This document shows positions 42,801 to 55,457 of a stretch of DNA of 64,000 nt, in pieces. The DNA lies in contig OZ024746.1 in the NCBI GenBank assembly GCA_964016885.1, positions 90,086,001 to 90,150,000 of the forward strand, written 5' to 3'. The first letter of the stretch is position 1; the number at the start of each line of letters is the position of its first letter. The position numbers were made by a program, and so were the translations under genes. Under the pieces are notes generated by a model. The model was given only the letters and a program-made list of their open reading frames with translations. It made no database searches and was not told where the DNA came from. This stretch comes from Eledone cirrhosa. Taxonomy: Eukaryota.

Positions 42801-42858
42801 CATCTACATCATCACATCTGTGCAATATATTTACAATATATCGCAGTCGACTTTGGAT

Positions 42859-42990
42859 CTAGCTGTCGAAACGGCCTGAGCTCAGCCGTCGGTGTCGTGA
42901 CTCTTTTCCTATTACCTACACTACTACCCTAAGTATCGAGTACTCTGGTGCATTGTGGTCCACCTGATTCCTTACCACACTTTATTTGTT
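42859..42990. mobile_element. Family F fragment (3' half of HHR on +)
   Basis: tagctgtcGAAACggcctgagctcagccGTCgg followed by the family tail and a TA-rich run. Confidence 0.7.
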
Positions 42991-43179
42991 ATATGTATAT
43001 ATATTTATATCTATATATATATTGTTATATTTGAGGTAGGTCATATTGGTATAATATTGCCAGAAATAATAATAGAAAACAATCACTCTTTCGTTTGGAT
43101 AGGTTTTCACTCCTGTATGTCTTATATTCCTATAGTGAATTTAGCTACCAATCAATGTTTATCATTGATTGATAAACGG

Positions 43180-43217
<38 letters not shown>

Positions 43218-43777
43218 GTTGGAGTACCCTTACTTTCTAACACTCGTTATCAGTAGCCACACAGCCTCGTCTCTCTCAATGCATATATATATATATATAT
43301 ATATATAGTCTATCAAGGTCCTTTCATCACACACCTGTGACATCATCAGTGGTATTATTATGTCTCCTCCCGTTGTATTGTAATGTATATTCGATACATA
43401 TATATATATACTCTAATGTAATTAGTTAAAATATCCGAGAATGTAAATCCAATTAAATTATGTTTCTTATGAATATTTCCAATTATGAGGATATAATGTT
43501 TGCCAAATATTCTCAGTTACGTTTTAGGCTTATTAGAGTAACTCCATCTATTACTCATATAGAATAACTTAAAAGTCATTTGCGAATCACGTATTAATTC
43601 AATTGCATTTGATTCATCATAGACGCAAAACACATAAAATATATCTAAATGCTTCAAGTCTCCTCAGAAGGAAATGTCCCGATACCTCAATGTAATAAGA
43701 CTGAATGATTATTGAGACATTGTAAACGCTTTGATCATTTAACATATTAATGAATGTCAATAACTAGGATTAAATTA

Positions 43778-43963
43778 GTGGATTGGCAGTATCGGTAGAG
43801 GGTCGGACGCCATGCTTTGGAGTATAGAGTTACGCCACTTTATGATCTGAGTTCAAATCCTACCGAGGTTAACTTTGCCTTTCTTCCTTACGGGGTAGAT
43901 ACAATAGAGTACCAGTAATACACTGGTTAATTGCTGGCCTTGTGCCAATAGTATAAACAATTA
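43778..43963 (+). mobile_element. tRNA-derived SINE, near full length
   Basis: A box tggcagtatcgg, B box gagttcaaatcc, shared core and tail ggccttgtgccaa. Confidence 0.85.
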
Positions 43964-44636
43964 TTTAATTGATGTACGAATGTGTCTATCAATACAGTAA
44001 GAAAATTCATTTTTCCACCGTATTAATTTCTTCAAAATCTATTAAACAACACAAATTGCATAATCACCAGCCACATGTCTGAACATCTGAATTCTGAAAG
44101 CGTAAACAAACCCATGCAATTAAAGTTTATTGGAAATAAAATGTAATATTCAATGAGTAGAAATTAATTATCATGAAATTTATACACTAATACACGTATA
44201 ATACACACTAAAATAATATTATAGATATAGAACTGGAACTTATCGGTTTAATAATACTTAGTAAGTGAAGTAAGGAAAATAGATTACTATCAAGGGACTG
44301 TATTAAGGCAATCAATGCAAATATTATGGAAGCTGAACTCAGTAATAAAATAGCAATCACGAGAACCTCTTGTTACTATGTAGTGAATAACCCCAAAACG
44401 TCATTAATACAAGAGAACTCATTGTTTTATGAATAAATGCTTATAAGTATAAAGTAAGTAAATCACATGGTGTGTGTTTGAGTGGCATCTAAATGTAAGT
44501 ATGCACACGCACACACAAACATATACATATATACATATGCAGGTAAGGTTATATGGAACATTATTATTAATGTACGATATAAAAAATACGTGCTTATGTA
44601 TATGTATGTATGTATGTATATATATATATATATATA

Positions 44637-45710
44637 CTAGCAGCAGTACCCAGTGTTGCCTGGGTAGGTAAAATAATATCTGCTTTGATGAAAAGGTATT
44701 GATCTTAGCGACTGCGAGTTTCTTGAAAATCGGTCGTAAGGAGTAGCAAATGGCGAAATGTTGAGTGAAATCGTATGGGAGGTGGAGAAAATCGTATTTT
44801 GACGAGTTAAACGGCTGCCACGCCGTCCCTGAACAAAAAATGCAAAGTGTAAAGCTACTATAAGATGTGCAAGGATAGGTTCTATCGTAGTATAAAGGTT
44901 GAACGAAATAAATTGCTTTATGAGTGAGGTGGAGCCGAAGTTTCGAATTTGAACGAAATCGGTTGAAAAATGTGGGAGCTAATGATATGTCGCGGTCCCT
45001 GAACCAAAAATTCAAAGTGTAAAACTACTATAAGATGTGCAATGATAGGTTCTATTGTAGTATAATAGTTGAACCAAATAACTTAATTTATGTGTGAGGT
45101 GGAGCCGAAGTTTGGGTTTTGATCTAAATCGGTTGAGAAATGTGGGAGCTAGAGCCGTAAAGGCGGAAATTTGATCGAAATGTGATATTTTCGAATATTT
45201 AAACGGCTGACACGCCGTTTCTGAAGAAAAAATCCAAATGTAAAACCACTCTAAGATGTGAAATAATCAGATCTAGCGTAGTGTAACATTTGAACAAAGT
45301 TGGTTGATTAATGTGGGAGCTAGAGCCGAAAAAGTGGAAATTTGAGTCTAAAAGTGGTATTTTTGAATATTTAAGCTGCCGCAACGTCATACCTGGAAAC
45401 CAAATTCAAAATATATAGGTATTACAGGGTGTGTAATGATAAATTCTATTTTGCTTTAAAGTTTGAACGAAATCGGTGGCAAAATGTGGGAGCTAGAGCC
45501 AAAAATCTTATTTTTCGATACCAAAAAAAAAGGTGACCTATAGATTTTTATCTGCAGAATGACCCCGGAATAAAAAAAAAAACGATACGATGATATATAG
45601 AAAACACTCCCCGATGAGGAATCTCTGAGCCTGTAAAGTTTCATGAAAATCGGTCGTAAGATGTAGGCCACTATAGATAAAACACAGACACACACATACT
45701 TAATTTCATA
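44637..45710 (-). mobile_element. Non-autonomous Helitron-like element with internal diverged tandem repeats
   Basis: The minus-strand 3' end has hairpin ACCCAG-gcaaca-CTGGGT then CTAG|T. Internal repeats aaatcggttgaaaaatgtgggagcta at ~44957, 45126, 45300 and 45470. The 5' end is uncertain. Confidence 0.65.
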
Positions 45711-45740
45711 TATGTGTGTATATATATATATGTGTGTATA

Positions 45741-45866
<126 letters not shown>

Positions 45867-46228
45867 TGTATGTGTGTGCGTGTGTGCGTGTGTGCGTGTG
45901 TTTGTATATGTGTGAGTGTGAGAATACTTACATCTATGTATCAGCTGCACTAGGGCGAGAAATAACATTTATATTTTATTTTTAATATCTGGGAAGGCCA
46001 GTCGTAGCACGCTCGTATGCAAAGGAGGTCACTCAGCCGATATGTAGTTAAGAAAATACTATATATGTTTAACTGTTCAACAGACTGGCAGAGGTATACA
46101 GACTTGAAGAGAGACATGTTGATTGTTCCTCAGAGCCAATGTTGAACAAACAGGTGACGATCGGTCGCCAGCATGGCACAACTTCAAATCGAATATTATT
46201 ATTAATGTTCGATATAACCCATGCGCAC

Positions 46229-46291
<63 letters not shown>

Positions 46292-46574
46292 TGCACGTGT
46301 GCATAATTACATTTACGTATGAACAGTTCTAGAGCGAGAAACAAAATTCTAATTTAATTTTATATATATGTAAATGTATATGTATATATATAATAATAAT
46401 ATTATTATTTATACTTATATATACACAATATATAATTATGAACAGGAAAGGTCAGTATTTTTGTATACTATCTTAATACCAGTATGAAATATAGCTCAAG
46501 GTAAATACATCAGATGTCCTACAGAGCAGGAATATACATTTTAGAACAGTCAAAACTATGTTCAAAACATTTTG

Positions 46575-46629
46575 TTGCTGACAATCGTTTCTTCCAAACT
46601 TTCCTTTGGAATCATCGCACCATTAGCAA
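46575..46629 (-). ncRNA. Non-canonical hammerhead-like motif at PLE 3' end
   Basis: UUGCU-aauggu-GCGAUGA-UUCCAAA(ggaaag)UUUGGAA-GAAAC-gauu-GUC-AGCAA. Confidence 0.5.
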
Positions 46630-47385
46630 AGTTTAGACATATAATTAACCTCCTATTCCTCAGAACAATTGTAAAGACAAGTAGATATTACTGTTTCACT
46701 AACGGTGTCATATTTAAAGAGTGAAGTTGATGTGGTTAGTATCATTGGATGCGATAAAGATTATAAAACAATAACACAACAATTATAGAAGAATTAAAGA
46801 AGAAAGTTACACGCAAAATGAGGACTTTAGCGGTACATAGGTAAGCATATAGAAAGAGTGCAGTGGTATTATGCATGTACAGAGTAACAAGGTGAACAAA
46901 CGAGCAATGCAACTAAGCATATATATCACAGTATGGCAAAGGTGTCACATAATACAATACAGGTGTAAAAGCATGTTAAGCAGACATAGATACGTGGGTA
47001 AGCAGAGCAGTTTCTATGATAGTTTATGGTGGATGGAATGTTAAAATTGTTACCGTAGTGTTCAAATATATGTGTTGTGAGTGTTAATACCAAGGTTTTC
47101 CTTTCCATTATATTGGTTATATTTTAGAAAATGTTTATCAGTAGCCACAACTATGGATTGTGTATTGGTCTCACTATAATCTTATCAAAGGTTAGAGTTG
47201 TTCTGGTCTGATCTGATTTCAGGAAGTAATAAGAGATCTACACTAAGGGGAACTAATGGGACAGGGGAGGTAATTGCTGATTAATAGAAACATGTATAAT
47301 TCGGTGTTAGTTATTTATGACTCCAATTAGTTAAATGCTATGTGTTAATATAAAATGTATTATATTATAAGTGAATGCTTTTATA

Positions 47386-47574
47386 TAATTGTTTCTACTT
47401 TTGGGCACAAGGCCGCAATTACCCACTGCATTACTGGTACTTTATTTTATCGACCCTGTAAGAATGAAAGGCTAAGTTAACCTCGGCGGGATTTGAACTT
47501 AGAATGGAAAAAGCCGTAGCTCTATGTGTCAAAGCATGGCGTCCAACCTCCTACCGATACTGGCAATCCACCGC
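47386..47574 (-). mobile_element. tRNA-derived SINE, full length, inserted in the PLE 3' UTR
   Basis: Reverse-complement homolog of 43778-43963. Confidence 0.85.
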
Positions 47575-50221
47575 TTTATATAATGCTATATATTTTTATA
47601 TTTTTATATTTTTATATTTTTATATTTAATTGTATATACAATCTGTTTTCTATATAGTATTTTAAAGTTCTCAGTGTACCAATACCTACCCATATACTAA
47701 TTAAATGAATGAAATATTGGTAAGGAAGGTATTATAGTTATATAAATTGGTGGTAACTCTATGTTTATTCCCAATAGTTATTGTTGAGTATAAGATCTGG
47801 GATAAACAGGAGATAAGTGGAGGGATGAGCTGATACACGAAAGTGATGCTATGGGGATTATAGATGATAAAACAAAGAGGTAAAGTGTTAATGGTGGTGA
47901 TGGATCCAGATCTGACATATTTATATATTAGCAGCTAGGTTATATGTTAGCAGCTAGGTTTGAAATTGTGGAAAGTGTGTTGGTGGTAGTGTTGGCACGC
48001 TTGAAAACATTTCTGATTTTCTATTTAAAAGATTTAGCATATAATAGATTATAATGCGAGTCTCTAGAAGACAGAGTTTACATAATCTTTTGGGGATGGT
48101 TTATACGAGGTGGACCTATGTATTACTTCCCATTGAAATGTATATGGTATATTCCTAGTGTTTAGAGAGTGTATGTAGGTAGATAAAGAAGTGGAGTTGG
48201 CTAGATTGCGATTTTTAAAAGTGTGAAGATGGGAGGAATATCTCGTCTTGAAGCAGTTCGATGTAGAACTGATATCTGTTTTCGAAGTGTTATTTGTAAT
48301 GACTGTGCATGAGTAAATGATGTCTTTGATTAAGAAGTTTTATTTCCAAGGGGCAAGTTCTATTTGTTCTACAATTACAGTTATTTTGGTTGTTTACTTG
48401 TTGGTTAATATGTGTGTAGATGCGTGATTGTTAGGGAGAGCATTTGGGTAATGATGATTATGATTCCCATTGTTATTAATTTAATTAGTGCTGTTACTTT
48501 TATTATTATCGGTACTAGAATTTTCTGGTACTATGTTGTTATGTAAGTTCACCCCCTGTTGCGATTTAATTAGTTGGAAGTAATTATTTATCTTCCTTTT
48601 ATTACTACTAGCTATATGGTACTCAATGCTAGGTGTGGTAGAGTAAGAGCTTTTAATGGTATTTTTATTAATAACATTATGGTATTTATGGACTACTGGG
48701 AAGTTATTTTCCAAGATTGAGAAGAAAGCCTTAGGCAAGTTGCTATAAAGGTTTAGATTGAAAGGGGGATTGAAAAATGTATTAGTTCTTGTTCAATTTT
48801 TGTGATGACTTTTTGTAATGTTATTTGAGGTATTGTTTATATTTCTGTTTATATTATTATTATTGGGATGTTTAGTTTGGTGCGAGTTAACTTTGTTATT
48901 ACCCTTCGTACTAGAGTTAGAGTGGCCAGTACTTTTACTACTTTTATTCATGGCCGTATTGTGAGAGATAATGTTGTAAATAATTGATTTTTGGGGTAAA
49001 ATCAAATTTTATTTTTATGGCCTGAGCTAGCCAAAGCTTCTTTATAGTATTGGGAATTTCTGTTAAATATAGTTTCATTATAAGATAGAGCGTAAATTCT
49101 ATTAAATACCCCTTTAGAAATTGAGTTTAATATATATGAAGGGTGGTTAGAGTTGGTATTTACATAAAGTAGTTTTTGTTTGGTTTATGAAAGGCTGTAT
49201 ACATTTTACAGTCCAGGCAAAGGGTAGCGTCAAAGAAGTTAACGTTTTCCGTGTTTCTATCTAAGGTACTACTTAAGTTGAAGTGTTTAAATATTTATGC
49301 AACTGTTTCCTAGTTCTTTGTATATCAATTTTTGTATAGTCATTAAGTAGCAGTGCATCGTCGCGGAATAAACCACCATTGAGGTCTGGTCAATTCTTAT
49401 GAATTTCGTTTAAGAGATATAGGCCTACCAAACCTGTTGCCTGCGCCGAGGCACTATATCCCATAGGTATGTCGAAGTTGTTAGGTGAAACCTTCTAGGT
49501 CCATAATTGATCTTCAAATGCAATTATGGTTTTACGGGCAGCAAGGATGACATCAATTTGTGATCTAGTAAGGTTACAATTATTCATAGCCATATTTAAT
49601 GCCTTATTTAATAGGATAGGAGAAATAGAGGTGTAGTACGAATTAATATCAAATTGTATAATTTTTTTTAATTTTATTCTCATTAATATCATTGAACCAT
49701 TCAATAACATCCCCAGTATTTCCCCATAGGTTAATATATATTTTATGCTAAAATTGGGGGATGATTCTGTCTAATATTTTTTTTTCTGATTATTCCAACG
49801 TCAGATTTGGAAGGGCAAATTAGTCTTATAGTTGGGTTACTATTAACGTCTTCCTTATGGTCCTTCAGAGAGAATCTTGGTGGGTAGGTTTGTAAGGTTA
49901 TGTATATCTCTGAAGGCCTAATTCACATACTATACTATGACCTTCCATATTTATATCTTCTAGGTTTCTAATAGCTCCTATATAGTTCTTTATATATACA
50001 TTTTCTATATGTTTCGTAATCTAGGCTATATATATTATTAGTTTTATAAGCATGTCTTATCTTTATTAAATCTTTTAATGGTGGAATTAAGATTATTTAA
50101 GATGGTGTTGTTTGGAATGTTTGGAAGAATCTATTGTCAACAATAAAATGTTTTGTACATAGTTTTGATTATGTGTGTGTGTGTGTGTGTGTGTACGTGT
50201 GCGCGCGTGTGTGTGTATATT

Positions 50222-50287
<66 letters not shown>

Positions 50288-50318
50288 TATATACACACAG
50301 ACGCGAGCACACACACAA

Positions 50319-50376
<58 letters not shown>

Positions 50377-50754
50377 ACACACACACACACACACACACAC
50401 ATACATAATATATATATATATATATATATAAATAAATTGATTAAATAAAAATGGCGTAGGCTTTAAAATACAACGGGAGGAAATAAAACAGTACCACTGA
50501 TTATGTCGCAGATGTGCGACGAAAGAATTTTGATAGATTATATATATATATATTTGTATCTGTATTTTTAACCGTTGCTCAATCAATGATAATCATTGAC
50601 TGCCAGATGAATTAACTGTTGAGATATAAAAGATACAGAAGCGAAAACAAACCCAAACCAAACAGTGAGTCTGTTCTGTTATTCTTTCTGGCAATAGTAT
50701 AACAATATAAGTATAAGAATATATATATAAATATATATATAGTAATAATAATAA

Positions 50755-50899
50755 ATATGAATTTGAAGACTAAAATCCAAAGAGGGTTCGATAAGGATAA
50801 ATATATATCAAATATATAAGAACCGTAGAGTAAATATTTATTAAAATAACAGATTAAAGTTTATTCTTTGCTTAACCTTTAATCTGTTATTTTAATAAA
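50755..50899 (-). mobile_element. Fold-back tail fragment of the 52847 PLE family
   Basis: Reverse complement of 8210-8312 plus a short hairpin; TA-flanked. Confidence 0.75.
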
Positions 50900-51092
50900 C
50901 ACATATATATATATATATATATATATAATGTTTAAATACATCTATGCATGCCCTTTTTTACTGTACATGTGTGTGTTTGTCTCTGTGTATGTGTAAGTAT
51001 TATATGTGTGTATTTATGTGTTTACGTATGAATGTATATATATATTCATTGAAATATGTTACTAAACCTTTATTTCCGTCATTATTTGATTT

Positions 51093-51194
51093 CCGAGGTT
51101 AACTTTGCCATTCATCCTTACGGGGTCGATAAAATAAAGTACCAGTATTGTACTGGGTAATTGCTGACCTTGTGCCAAAAGTAGAAACACTTAT
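51093..51194 (+). mobile_element. SINE 3' fragment
   Basis: ccgaggttaactttgccattcatccttacggggtcgataaaataaagtaccag. Confidence 0.8.
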
Positions 51195-52052
51195 TTGTAT
51201 TTACAACTGTTTCATCCTCGTGAAACTTATGAAAATCGATCATTTTATACATAGTTACCTCCACATATTCATCCTTTCGAGTGCACACAATGCCCGTAGA
51301 TGACTGTTTACATTTTACAAAACTGTATAGTAATCAACAAAGGATATTGTTTATCACGTGCAATATGACGTTAATTCATACTGGCATACAAGCGAATGCC
51401 ATGCCTCCAAAATGGACATGCAACCATAGGCAACGCCACTTTTTTAAATTAATAAAATCTTTATAAATTCTAAAACCTTTTTTCAGATGCAAACACCCAA
51501 GTTGGAGCATTTTGGCGTCCTGTATATGTAACCTTGTCTTTATTTTAGAGTTTTTATATATTCTCTCGGGTCCTACAGAGAATATAACAGTTGTTCAAAC
51601 ATATTTCATTATCCAGTACTCTCTGTATAGTGTCGCGTATTGGGTTGGTATTGATCAATTTAAAAAGAAGCAGGAAGGAAAGCCCCATATTCGCATGAGA
51701 CGTATAACTGTCCCATTCATGGTTTTAACAAAGTTATTATTTGTATTTGAGTCTAGAAATCAGATAGATTACTTGCGTTATGTTTAGTACGATTATAAAT
51801 TCCTGATGTTTTGATAATGAAGTTATAATAAGGATGTTTTATTGAATATTGTATGTTTTAATTCGGATTTTATTGTAATGGGGATTGAATTTCCCTTGCG
51901 ATTACAGAATACGAATCTCTGCCTAAGTTGGGGATGGATTAACAAATCTATTGTTGTAGGAATCTCATATGTAAGAATATGACGGCCCTCGTAATACACG
52001 ATTATACACACACATACGCACGCACACACACACACACACGGACACACACACA

Positions 52053-52091
<39 letters not shown>

Positions 52092-53843
52092 ACACACATA
52101 TATATAACTTAAAATGAAGTGGGAATACGAAGAAAACAAGATCATGGGCGTTGAGTTTTCCACATCAGTTGTCTACTGGGTTCTAGGATATTTCTAGGCT
52201 TTAAAGACAAGATACCACTTCCACCCTGGGCGTCAAATACTGGATAAGTTATTGGGAAAACGAAGGAAGGAGAGAAGGAAAGGAAATGGGAAGAAAAGAG
52301 AAACAGTAAAAAAAACAGCGAAAAAAAACACAAACCGAGCAATGTGCGAGCAACTATAGGTAGGAAATCCGAGACCACTCGATAAAAGAACTTAAGTTCG
52401 AGACGGCATAATCGAGGGAAACAAGACACTCGTCTGATGGCCGCAGTTGTAAGTGAGAAGAGAAATGATAAACGGTGAGACTTGGGGGTGAAAGTGAGAG
52501 GGAGAGAGGGAGAGGAAGAAAGTGGGGTAAGAGTAGATAGGTAGAAAGGGAGGGGAAGAAAGAGAGGTGAGAGTAGAAAGTGGCGAAATAGGTAGGTAGA
52601 AGGAGGAGAGAAGAATGGTCACAACGAAAGACATGATGGAATATATGGAGAATAGAAATGGCTGTGTAGTTCTCTCTCTATCTCTCTATATATATATAGG
52701 TGTGTGTGTGTGTGTGCATATATACATATATATATATTTGGATTTAATGCTCTATTCTATAGCGATTAGGTCTTCAAAATGTTTATTACAAACATACAGA
52801 ATATTTTCGAATATTCTGTGTTTATCTTCACATATATATATATATATTTATTAAAATAACAGATTAAAGTTTAAGCAAAGAATCGCTGCTTACACCCTTA
52901 ACCGGATCTTCTGAAACTAACAAAGTCAATCTGTAAACGCAGAACTGGATATTTCAAAAAACGTTGCAACCGGAGGAAGACAGGAAGACGATACTTTGGT
53001 TCATGGTGACGTTCGCTGGCAAAGAACGGGAAAAAACGAATAATTCGTCATTAATAGGACCGGTGAAAAACAATTACGTGCAAGGACAGAACCACGTTTA
53101 TGGTATAAAAGAGGTCGTAGACTAATGTTCTCTAAGTGGTGCATAGAGACGTTCTCTGGCAATGAACGAAAAAACGAAGATAATAAGTCATATGTGGAGC
53201 GTGGAGAACAATAGCGTGCAAAGTCAAAACCACGTAAATGGTATAGCAGAAGTCGTAGACTAAAATTCTAACTAGGAAACCGAATGAATCTCCGCTACAG
53301 AGTTAAGAACAAAGCAAATAAATACAATACAGAAGTAATAGGAACAAATAAATACATACACGCAAACAGATACGTACATACACAAGCATACGCATAACCT
53401 TACCATAGGTATACAAAACCACGCACATATAAATATGTGTATGTGTGTATGCTTGTGTACAAATACATAAATAATTATATAAACGTATATAAGTAAATAA
53501 ATACGTATATAACAAGCGCACACACATACCTACAAATAAATACATGAAGGTTCGGAGACGTAAGTCAATTAAAACAAGAAGTACACATATACACACACCC
53601 ACCATACGTACTAACCTGCATACTCACGCAGACGCAAAACTCCCATATATACATAACCAAGCCCTAAATACCAGAATATGTAAACATTATACGCCAAAAC
53701 AGTCAAATATACGTACGAGAAGGTATACATACCTTCACAAAACATACGGGTAATATATACTTACCTATGCAAAAAGTAAAGGAATAAACAAAACATATAC
53801 TTAGCTCCCACATCAAGACGTAAATATCCACGTATATATCGTG

Positions 53844-54296
53844 CTATCCGTTAGGGTATAACGTAGGGCTGTAATACAGGAAAGATTTGTGCAATTTATG
53901 TTTACAAGCCGAAATTGCCTCAGATTTTTTGTTTAAGATGTGGTCTGTGGCGTAGAGTATTTCCAGGGCCTCAGCGGCGCAGAGGTCACATGGTCTTTTA
54001 TTTCCGTTATACGATCTAGCCCTAGCTAGGATCTCCCAGTGTAACTTATATTGGGTGTGGTTGTCTTTTAGACTCCAGATATATGCTGAAAGTGACGTCA
54101 TATTCCTTCTTAGAGGGTAACGAAAAGAATGGGTATGCATGTAAAGACGCTGCTTGAAACTATTGGCGGTTAACCCTATGTAGGCCCTACGGGACGTGGG
54201 TGTTACAACCTTACATTTGTAGACAATGTTACTAGAGAGGCATTTCCCGGATAGGGGACAATCAGCCCGATTCCTACAATTACAGTTAGTACTAAC
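53844..54296 (-). CDS. PLE GIY-YIG endonuclease domain (open frame, 5'-truncated)
   Basis: CNCR..CPLSGKCL..NIVY...YIGLT..FKQR...H...CDLC.AE...LN...CKH. The first ~20 codons of the tracked ORF (to 54356) come from the inverted pLTR. Confidence 0.85.
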   Translation of the reverse strand, partial: VSTNCNCRNRADCPLSGKCLSSNIVYKCKVVTPTSRRAYIGLTANSFKQRLYMHTHSFRYPLRRNMTSLSAYIWSLKDNHTQYKLHWEILARARSYNGNKRPCDLCAAEALEILYATDHILNKKSEAISACKHKLHKSFLYYSPTLYPNG

Positions 54297-54400
54297 TTTG
54301 CCAGCGAACGTCACCATGAACCAAAGTATCGTCTTCCTGTCTTCCTCCGGTTGCAACGTTTTTGAAATATCCAGTTCTGCGTTTACAGATTGACTTTGTT

Positions 54401-54451
54401 AGTTTCAGAAGATCCCGTTAAGGGTGAAAGCAGCGATTCTTTGCTTAAACT
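54401..54451 (+). ncRNA. Type I hammerhead ribozyme, U4A core variant, in PLE pLTR
   Basis: AGUUU-CAGAAGA-uCCC(guuaa)GGGu-GAAAGCA-gcgauucuu-UGCUU-AAACU. The mirror copy at 52868-52918 has GAAA changed to GUAA. Confidence 0.65.
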
Positions 54452-54561
54452 TTAATCTGTTATTTTAATAAATATTTGCTCTCCGGTTCTTATATATTTG
54501 ATATAAATTTCCCTTATCGAGCCCTCTCTGGATTTTAGTCTTCAATTTTATTATTATTACT

Positions 54562-54740
<179 letters not shown>

Positions 54741-55026
54741 TGATATTTATTTATGCTTAGATGATAAGACAAGAAGTCTGCATAGAATCCCACACAAAAA
54801 GGGTGAACAATTTTGAAGACTCCACTAGTAACATAATAAAAAGTAAAATTTAACGAAACAACAAGACATACACGAAACAAGTTATAATATCTGCCATCAT
54901 TAAACCGTTGAAAAAACTTTGATCAAGCGCCGAATATCTACTGTCACAAAAAGGAAATGTCATAATCAGAGAGCGAAGTTTATCCCGGGTACTCAATACA
55001 TAGCAGAGGGTGCATATTTCTACATT

Positions 55027-55062
<36 letters not shown>

Positions 55063-55384
55063 TTATTATGCCTGTGTACGTGTATGTATGTATGTGTGTT
55101 CTTTTATGTTTTCCTTTGTCTATATGTGTGTGTGTGTGTGTGTGAGTGTATGTGTATATCCTGATAATTCTCCTTCGAAATGCTGTACAAACAATGCCTA
55201 TGGCATAGTAAACATGAGCCGAAGATCATTGGCTATATAACTACTAATATTTAAACAGCCCACATATGAACACGCCTGCATAGGAATATAAACTGACGCG
55301 TTTGTTTTTTAGCATATCTGTATGCAAAGAGGCACATCTGCAACCTCCACACACATACTCACATATATATATATTATAAATAAA

Positions 55385-55457
<73 letters not shown>

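Larger units (their letters stand above)
46435..50100 (-). mobile_element. Penelope-like retroelement, near full-length RT + C-terminal GIY-YIG, pseudogenised
   Basis: Motifs IQFDINSYYTSIS, FDIPMGYSASAQATGLVGLYLL, GLFRDDAL, VNFFDATL, YVNTNSNHP and CNCR...IIYSCTV...FKTRYSSH...CKLCLLE. Stops and frameshifts present. HHR-like motif near the 3' end. Confidence 0.85.
52847..54545 (-). mobile_element. 5'-truncated Penelope-like element with inverted pLTR, in (TA)n
   Basis: GIY-YIG ORF, then 3' UTR, then tail 53024-52847. That tail is present inverted at 54296-54474 with only a few differences. Confidence 0.9.

Noticed and set aside
43778-43870. Possible tRNA gene (A and B boxes)
   Set aside because: No cloverleaf. 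It is the head of a multi-copy SINE.
44419-45015. 198 aa ORF
   Set aside because: Crosses a Helitron-like repeat end and microsatellites; no recognisable domain.
44720-45500. CRISPR-like regularly spaced repeats
   Set aside because: Eukaryotic context, intervening sequences are themselves homologous, and there are no cas genes. These are internal tandem repeats of a Helitron-like element.
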